Virus record (IMG/VR): IMGVR_UViG_3300020055_000004
DNA: 64,000 nt
Reading direction: 5' to 3' (one strand)
Origin: a virus
This document shows positions 57,587 to 64,000 of this stretch, in pieces. The position numbers were made by a program, and so were the translations under genes. Under the pieces are notes generated by a model. It searched no databases, was not told the origin of the DNA, and was given only the letters and a program-made list of their open reading frames with translations. Numbering within the stretch: position 1 is the first letter of the stretch; each line of letters starts with the position of its first letter.

Positions 57587-59656
57587 ATGGCAGTATTCGT
57601 TCCCAGTGAAGTAATCACTGATCCCGATGCACTATCTGCTACAGTGAAATTGACGACGGAGACACGTGCTGCGACGTCAGAAATTTTCATCGATACTACA
57701 CCTGCAGGTACGTTAGGTTCTGAGCGTACAATTCAGGTAGCTATTGATGCGTCAAATGATATGAAAGAAGCAGGTTTGACACTTAAGTGTCTTTATTCAT
57801 TCCTCAAAGATCGATGGAAGGCTGATGCTAATCTGATCAAATTCCCATTTCCAATGACTCCAATTACGGACGAACAGTTTGAATTTACGAATGGTTGGAA
57901 ATTGGAAGATACAGTTACTTCTGGTACTGGCGATGATGGTACAGGTGTAACTACCCCTTATTTAATTCGTACTGGTGGCTGGGCTGTCAATCAAGGTCCC
58001 GGTACTAACGACTCAGAGCGCTGGGTAAACGTTATCACACTGGGCGAATTGGACTCAAATGACCAAGTTTATTATCGTCAAGTTAATGATACGACGACTG
58101 CTCCTACAGATTTTCTTCTAGAAGGTCGTGTAAATCAGGCGATTCAATTTTATACTGATACGAACGCTGATGGTACACCAGATAGTAATTTATCTTCTTT
58201 CCTCGAAGTGTTTGTACGTACATTTGGTAAGACGTATTCACAAACGGACTTGGAAGATATTGGTGCTGCAGACGGTGTTACGTATCAAGCATATCGTTTC
58301 CCACTTGTGAATTCATCCGACGTTAAGATTACTGCATCACAGGCTGCAGCATCTGGTGATGATATTGCTCTTTCTAATATTACTGGTAACAGCTCTAACG
58401 GCACAGTTACAGTAACAACTGGAGGAAATCACGGTCTTGCAAATGGTGATTATGTAGACGTAACAGGTACTACTAACTTTAATAGTACAAACAATGCTAT
58501 TACAACTACAGGCGCGACTACATTTACATTTACAGAAACTAACGCTAATGCAGACGAAACTTCTGGTAATGTTTCCGGTACATATTTCAATAATATGTCA
58601 ATGTCTTGGGCAAATACTGCAGATAATACGCAGCAAACTGGATTCAATGATACATTTGATACAACTGGTGTATCAGTTCCAGAAGCTTACTTCACCGTAA
58701 ATATTGATGCCGATGTCGCAAATAATATTACGCCAAATCCTTCTGCTGAAACAATCTACACGTGGATTCAGGCTCAGCTGAAGAAGACAAGTGACATTAA
58801 TACCAATACTTCACAAACAGGTGTTCGTCGTGGTGATATTACACCATTGAAGGCACGATTTATTGGTGACGATCTGTATACTCTTGGTCAAGCTGACGTA
58901 CCCGGATCACAAGACTTCGAAGGTGTATATATTACTGATTATGCAGATGCTGACCAGAACAGATTGCATTTCTGGGGTTATGGATCTGAAGAAAATGATT
59001 CAGCTGTAATTTCAGTTATTGGTCGTGTAGCAAATGGTCAAGTTACTGTTGATACTACGGCAGATCATGGTTTTGCAAATGGTGATTATATTACTATTAC
59101 TAATGTAACTTCAGCTGGAGATGCATTTACTGGTAATTATGAAATTACAACAGTTCCCGATGCGAATACATTTACATATGATCAATCATCCACAACGGTA
59201 GAATCTGGCACAGTAAGTGGTACATCTCTAGCATCACCTGCTGAATTCCAGAACTTGACATTCCCATTCGTTTCTACATTGACATTGAGTTTTAACTCAA
59301 ACCTTGTTAATGATGGCGATGGTATCTTCCGTGTATTCTTCTTGAACGATGATGCACCGGGCGATAATACTGGTCGTGATTTCGGTACGAAGGATGCATT
59401 GCTTGTAAAAGATAATGGTAACGCTGATATTGCAGGTAATATTACACAAGCTACTGAAACCTTTAACTTCGCATATGATTCGAATATTCAACGAGGTGCT
59501 TCTACTGCTGCAACAGATGCACCGATTGTTGTTGTTGCTATCGGTCTAGATACGGCGCAATATGTAAAAGTTGATGATCAGGTTATTCAACGAGGTGACT
59601 TAACAGTATCGTTAGTTGCTCCACTCGAGAGAAACTACGATCCTGGCAGTGTATAA
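57587..59656 (+). CDS. Putative abundant virion protein with two inserted small beta-barrel modules
   Basis: Own promoter, strong SD and downstream hairpin; LYSFLKDRW..FPFPM..IRTGGW; two HG[LF]ANGDY modules; ends ERNYDPGSV. Confidence 0.6.
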   Translation: MAVFVPSEVITDPDALSATVKLTTETRAATSEIFIDTTPAGTLGSERTIQVAIDASNDMKEAGLTLKCLYSFLKDRWKADANLIKFPFPMTPITDEQFEFTNGWKLEDTVTSGTGDDGTGVTTPYLIRTGGWAVNQGPGTNDSERWVNVITLGELDSNDQVYYRQVNDTTTAPTDFLLEGRVNQAIQFYTDTNADGTPDSNLSSFLEVFVRTFGKTYSQTDLEDIGAADGVTYQAYRFPLVNSSDVKITASQAAASGDDIALSNITGNSSNGTVTVTTGGNHGLANGDYVDVTGTTNFNSTNNAITTTGATTFTFTETNANADETSGNVSGTYFNNMSMSWANTADNTQQTGFNDTFDTTGVSVPEAYFTVNIDADVANNITPNPSAETIYTWIQAQLKKTSDINTNTSQTGVRRGDITPLKARFIGDDLYTLGQADVPGSQDFEGVYITDYADADQNRLHFWGYGSEENDSAVISVIGRVANGQVTVDTTADHGFANGDYITITNVTSAGDAFTGNYEITTVPDANTFTYDQSSTTVESGTVSGTSLASPAEFQNLTFPFVSTLTLSFNSNLVNDGDGIFRVFFLNDDAPGDNTGRDFGTKDALLVKDNGNADIAGNITQATETFNFAYDSNIQRGASTAATDAPIVVVAIGLDTAQYVKVDDQVIQRGDLTVSLVAPLERNYDPGSV

Positions 59657-59672
59657 TAAATAACTATGTGAC

Positions 59673-59696
59673 GGGGGACATTTCGTCCCCCATTTC
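59673..59696 (+). terminator. Terminator-like hairpin GGGGGAC-ATTTC-GTCCCCC
   Basis: Perfect 7-bp GC-rich stem after stop 59656, with a short T tail. Confidence 0.6.
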
Positions 59697-59708
59697 TGAG
59701 GAATTATA

Positions 59709-60254
59709 ATGTTTACGAGATACGAAATTAGAAATACTGCCTATAAAATGAAAAACGGAAAGCCTCCGGTTTTTCCTGAAGTTGTTGAAACTTTACAACC
59801 AATGCTAGATGAAAAAGGATTTCATTGGGCAGATTTTCCAGAAATTTGGGATGTAGTAATTGTACAAGGTGAATACAAAGTTATTCATGCAATTAGAAAT
59901 CTACCTGCGGTAGAAATGATTTGTGCTCAAAAACAAATGGCAGAAAAAGTTGGTGCCGATCCTGATTTTGATGATCAAGGTAATGCTATTGTTGAATCTA
60001 TTGAAGCACAGTTTTTAGACGGTATTATGACTTGGGAAAACTATGCTCGAGAATGGGGTGTAGCTAAAGATGATACGGGTAGAATTATAACTAAACTTAT
60101 AAAACGTAAACCGGTTCAAAAAGTAGAGATCACACAAGATGTGATTGATCAAAAAATAAAAGAACAGCTGGCTCAAAATTCTGGTTCATCAGATATAGAT
60201 CAAGCGAGAGAAAATGTTACGCCACATGTTCGAGTCACAAAAGTAGTGGAGTAA
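59709..60254 (+). CDS. Hypothetical protein
   Basis: GAGGA SD, 181-aa ORF, no recognised motif. Confidence 0.6.
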   Translation: MFTRYEIRNTAYKMKNGKPPVFPEVVETLQPMLDEKGFHWADFPEIWDVVIVQGEYKVIHAIRNLPAVEMICAQKQMAEKVGADPDFDDQGNAIVESIEAQFLDGIMTWENYAREWGVAKDDTGRIITKLIKRKPVQKVEITQDVIDQKIKEQLAQNSGSSDIDQARENVTPHVRVTKVVE

Positions 60255-60257
60255 TAA

Positions 60258-63008
60258 ATGGCAGGCGAAAAGAGATATACTAGGATACCACCGGAGAGCA
60301 CTGGCGACCGTGTGTACATGATACACACTGCGGAACTTGAATTTAAGAACGGCGGTAATTCTCCAACAGCAACATACGGTAATCACGACTGGAAAACAGG
60401 TGAAAGATATGATGTTGCTGGATTTGGGATGGTTCACGTTCATGGCGTGTACGACCGTCAGGATGGCACTGGTATTCTTGCAATACATTACTCTCAAACC
60501 AATAAGATGGAAAACAACGTTCCGGAAGCCGATTCGTTAATCTCGCTTGACGGTGTAAACGTTGGTCAAGTTGACACTGCATATGATGTTTATATCCCTG
60601 CACAAAACATTATGGGATATGACAATCCGGAATATGGATGGAACATTGATCGTTTTGGTTCTGGACCTGTTACATTTGCGGAGGGCCCACCTCTGCTTAC
60701 TGGGTTCGGTGCGCTTAAAGTTAACGATGCTAGAATATTGGCCACTTATGATTTTAATAAAAGCAATTTACCTAACGAATTTGTAAACTCCCGAGAAGGT
60801 GGTTCAGCAGTAAGTAACACATGGGATCCTGTTACTCGTGGTGTAAAACTTGCGGTGGGCGTAGATCAAGGTGATCGTGTAACACAAACATCAAACCTGT
60901 TTCACAGTACAGAAGATGGTGCAAGTATGTTGTTCGTGATGGCTACCAGAAGTGGTGATGCAGGAAAGGAAAATGTTGCCCGAAACTGGGGAGCATTTGA
61001 TTCAACAGATGGATACTTTTTCCAAATAAAAGGATCGGACTTAGCACCAGGTGGCAGAACACAAATGGGTATGCCAGTATCAGTAACACCTGCCGCTGGT
61101 TCAGCATTAAGAATTGTTCATCGTTATACATTCAATGGTACAACGGGTAATCACGAAGTACTTCAAAATGAGTGGAACAAAGACACTCTCTTAGGTACTG
61201 GTGGTGCTACAAACCCCTCTGGTATGCAATTAGACGTTACAAAAATAAATACGTATTGGGTTGACTATCAATACTTAGGAGGAGGTAGAACTCGTTGGGG
61301 TGTATTCTATAGAGGTGACCGCATTGTATGTCATGAAATGATTCATGGCAATGCAGAAGAAGGTCCAATGACTCAAAATAGTCATCCGATTTCTAATCCC
61401 AATAGACCTGTGTGTTGGGCAATGGCTAATTATGGAACTGCTGGTAGTAGTTCAGAATTTTATGCTTATGGTGCTGGTGTATTCATTGAAGCATCAACAG
61501 ATCCATTAAAATCTGCTCAACAAATTAGTATTGATGTACAGACAAAAACATGGGGTCAACCAGAACTTCAACCTTATTGGAGAACTAAACAAACTCGAAG
61601 TGGTAGTTCCAGCCAGTTCCCCGCCCTGTTAAAATCAGGTACATATAGCAGTCAAAGCAGCACACAGTATGCAATGACTTTATCTCCCGAACAGTTTTTA
61701 TCTAACGGGGATGAAAACCACACTGTGTATCAGCCAATTATTTTTCAGTTAAATAATCACGAGATAGAAACCGGAGACCCATCTCTTGTAGAGATTCGTG
61801 CTTTCTATGGTTGTATAATGCGAGGGTTCGAATGGGACGACAGCAAACCAAGCACCCCAACTGTTCTTTTTGATGAAGAAGGTGACCATTTAGCCCACGT
61901 AATAGAAATTGGTAGATTTGTGATTGACGGTTCAAAGGAATTCAACTTCAGTGAACTATCGGACAATTTCCAATACGGTACTGTAAGAAATCTTAGTGAC
62001 CAAAAGTTGTCAAGAGCACTACAACCTTTGACAGGATGGACAAGCACCGATGATCGTTATGGCACCGGACAAGCCAAAGTCGTGGTTGCAGTAGGTCCAG
62101 ATCCAGTTTATGGTTCCAGCATACACTATTTTGCAGATAAACAACCTGTTGCAATCAGAGAGGTTGATGGAGATCAAGTAATCAGTGACGCATTTAGCAC
62201 TGCAACAACTTTCACAAATATTAAAACAGCAGGTGCTTCTGGGTATGCTTCTGTAGATCAAGTAGATAATCCTGCGGATTGGCATTATATATCGTATGTA
62301 GATAGAAACGAGGCTTGGTTATATAATAGTCAAGCAGATATCGATGATGATCGTTTGACTCGTACTGTTGATGTAGATGATTGTCTAAGTTTAGATTTAG
62401 GGCAAAAACTCACCGTAACACCTACTGGTGCAACTGCGTTTATTATGAAGATAGACGTGGATACTACTGGTGCAATTGCAGCGACAGCAGCAACTACTGC
62501 TGAATATCAAATTGTTACAAGAGGCACAACTGACTTCACTGCTATTGGAGCACCAGATAATAATCCGGGCACTATCTTTACTGCCACCGGAGCGGGTACA
62601 GGAACAGGTACATTAGTAGCAACAAGTGGCACAGCAGGCACACTGGCAATTTGTGGTAGAAGTTCGGCGCAGGTAGATTACTTGGGATTATTTACTACAG
62701 ACGGTGGTGGTGCTGGTACAATCACATCAAATGGTACCGATGCAGGTGTCGCTAAAGATTACTGGACCTCGATCAATGCCCTTAGTTACACTGATTTGGG
62801 TATGGATGCTGACGAAGATTTATCAGGTTCAACTGCTCCGACTTATACTGGTTTGGCGTTATACGGTAATCCAAATCCAAGAGCAGCATGGACATTTATG
62901 ATTAAGCATTTGGATAATCCAAACGAAGACGGTGACGGTGACCGAGCACCAGTTAAGAAAAATTCCAGAACAAATTGGAATATATTCTGGCGTGAGAAGT
63001 TACAGTAA
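60258..63008 (+). CDS. Putative virion protein with lectin-like beta-sandwich domain
   Basis: RIPPESTG N-terminus; WGAFD..DGYFF, Q.EWN.D.L.G.G..NPSG..LD, YQYLGGGR.RWG; short motif YQIVTRGTTDFTAIGA. Confidence 0.6.
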   Translation: MAGEKRYTRIPPESTGDRVYMIHTAELEFKNGGNSPTATYGNHDWKTGERYDVAGFGMVHVHGVYDRQDGTGILAIHYSQTNKMENNVPEADSLISLDGVNVGQVDTAYDVYIPAQNIMGYDNPEYGWNIDRFGSGPVTFAEGPPLLTGFGALKVNDARILATYDFNKSNLPNEFVNSREGGSAVSNTWDPVTRGVKLAVGVDQGDRVTQTSNLFHSTEDGASMLFVMATRSGDAGKENVARNWGAFDSTDGYFFQIKGSDLAPGGRTQMGMPVSVTPAAGSALRIVHRYTFNGTTGNHEVLQNEWNKDTLLGTGGATNPSGMQLDVTKINTYWVDYQYLGGGRTRWGVFYRGDRIVCHEMIHGNAEEGPMTQNSHPISNPNRPVCWAMANYGTAGSSSEFYAYGAGVFIEASTDPLKSAQQISIDVQTKTWGQPELQPYWRTKQTRSGSSSQFPALLKSGTYSSQSSTQYAMTLSPEQFLSNGDENHTVYQPIIFQLNNHEIETGDPSLVEIRAFYGCIMRGFEWDDSKPSTPTVLFDEEGDHLAHVIEIGRFVIDGSKEFNFSELSDNFQYGTVRNLSDQKLSRALQPLTGWTSTDDRYGTGQAKVVVAVGPDPVYGSSIHYFADKQPVAIREVDGDQVISDAFSTATTFTNIKTAGASGYASVDQVDNPADWHYISYVDRNEAWLYNSQADIDDDRLTRTVDVDDCLSLDLGQKLTVTPTGATAFIMKIDVDTTGAIAATAATTAEYQIVTRGTTDFTAIGAPDNNPGTIFTATGAGTGTGTLVATSGTAGTLAICGRSSAQVDYLGLFTTDGGGAGTITSNGTDAGVAKDYWTSINALSYTDLGMDADEDLSGSTAPTYTGLALYGNPNPRAAWTFMIKHLDNPNEDGDGDRAPVKKNSRTNWNIFWREKLQ

Positions 63009-63592
63009 TGCCTTCTATCCATTTCAATTACGGCAATTGGTGGAATTGGGCTGACTATCCCGATCAAAAGGTAGTATTTGATGGGCCTACGAAAACCATA
63101 TTCGTAAGTGAAGGTGTTACAGAACTTGATGTAAAGGTTGATATCTATTCTGCATGGAAAGAGTGGAGTATCTATTCTCCAGAACAAGGCACGGCATCGA
63201 CGTGGCCAAAGGCTATTACAGCAATTGGTGGTGATCCGATTACTGACGATCGTAATGTTGGTACAACATACTTCCTTGAGAATGGATGGAGAATACAGCC
63301 GTTTGCTAGCAAAGATCCATATGTGTTAACAGTAGAAGGAAATATTTACACACGAGAAACCGGACAAAATCCATTCCTTTTTGCCGAAGGTGTATCCACT
63401 TCACTCGTAAGATCTAACATTGTAGATTTGATTAGAGTTGAAGCACTTGGTGTAAATATTACAAATACAGATATTGCTGCGATTGCTGGTAGCGTTTGGG
63501 ATGAGGCGCTTGTTGATCATGTTGCAGCTGGAACTACAGGTAATAAGCTTGGTAAGATCGCAACTAAGATTCAAGATATAGCTTTAAGATAA
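63008..63592 (+). CDS. Putative virion protein
   Basis: FDGPTKTI..DIYSAWKEW..GGDP..FLENGWRI; IAGSVWDE..DH..AGTTG.KL. Confidence 0.6.
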   Translation: MPSIHFNYGNWWNWADYPDQKVVFDGPTKTIFVSEGVTELDVKVDIYSAWKEWSIYSPEQGTASTWPKAITAIGGDPITDDRNVGTTYFLENGWRIQPFASKDPYVLTVEGNIYTRETGQNPFLFAEGVSTSLVRSNIVDLIRVEALGVNITNTDIAAIAGSVWDEALVDHVAAGTTGNKLGKIATKIQDIALR

Positions 63593-63598
63593 AATAGA

Positions 63599-63606
63599 TA
63601 TAAATA
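63599..63606 (+). promoter_or_regulatory. T4-type late promoter TATAAATA
   Basis: Exact consensus, intergenic before the gp67-like gene. Confidence 0.8.
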
Positions 63607-63610
63607 GATC

Positions 63611-63844
63611 ATGGAGAATAATATGACAAATGTAACAGATTTTATTCAATCAGCAGTAACTGACAAACCAGTTGCAGCTCAGAAAGCTTTTGCAGCAGCT
63701 ATGGACGATAGAATTCAAGATGCCTTGACAGCTAAATATGATGAGGTATCTCAACAGGTTTTCAATGCTACTTATGATGAGCAAGAAGTAGAAGTTGACG
63801 AACCAACAGATTTAGAAACAGAAATGGAAGATAACGATGTCTGA
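63611..63844 (+). CDS. Prohead core protein, gp67-like
   Basis: Small, helical, with an acidic tail (DFI......A..AF..AM..RI..AL). The true start may be the second ATG (about 63623, after GGAGA). Confidence 0.6.
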   Translation: MENNMTNVTDFIQSAVTDKPVAAQKAFAAAMDDRIQDALTAKYDEVSQQVFNATYDEQEVEVDEPTDLETEMEDNDV

Positions 63845-64000
63845 TATACTTAACAACTTACTTGAAAAATTCAAGAAGGTCGATGGAGGACCTCTTGATC
63901 CTCAGCGTTCTGGTGCTGATGGCCATGAAGACGATTTTATTGGAAAGCATATCGATAATATCGAAGTAACTGACGGGCCTGGTATTGAAAAAGAAAAAGG
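63837..64000 (+). CDS. Hypothetical protein, 3' truncated (MSDILNNLLEKFKKVDGGPLDPQ...)
   Basis: ATG overlaps the upstream gene end; frame is open to the end of the window. Confidence 0.55.
   Translation, partial: MSDILNNLLEKFKKVDGGPLDPQRSGADGHEDDFIGKHIDNIEVTDGPGIEKEK

Noticed and set aside
1-64000. tRNA, rRNA, introns, homing endonucleases or alternative genetic code
   Set aside because: Intergenic gaps are short and explained by promoters or hairpins, and core genes are uninterrupted and full length under the standard code.

Overview
This window is a late (virion-structure) region of a large T4-like myovirus, with every credible gene on the + strand. Gene order: baseplate block (gp48-like, gp53, gp27-like hub, gp5, PAAR, gp25, gp6, gp7, gp8), a two-gene VrlC/DUF4815-like structural protein, about 23 kb of fibre/adhesin and accessory genes, neck/terminase/tail genes (gp13-gp19), portal gp20, a 10-kb accessory insert, and a gp67-like prohead gene. 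T4-type late promoters (TATAAATA) precede many blocks. The standout is the 782-aa gene at 28101-30449, whose repeats form a nested mirror. Eighteen 15-aa units run out and eighteen 14-aa units run back around an aromatic tip, and the two unit types (QNQT vs SV[I/V]T) are complementary in antiparallel register at 17 of 18 positions. This points to one very long self-pairing beta-hairpin fibre. It is followed, behind its own late promoter, by a five-gene cassette of 2OG-Fe(II) oxygenase/cupin-type genes that may modify it. Also notable: a catalytically intact Hint domain on the VrlC-like protein, a stand-alone Hint-like gene, a small-subunit plus 60-repeat scaffold gene pair separated by hairpins, and two small genes missed by the ORF track. 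Family assignments come from recognising motifs and gene order; no database search was run.
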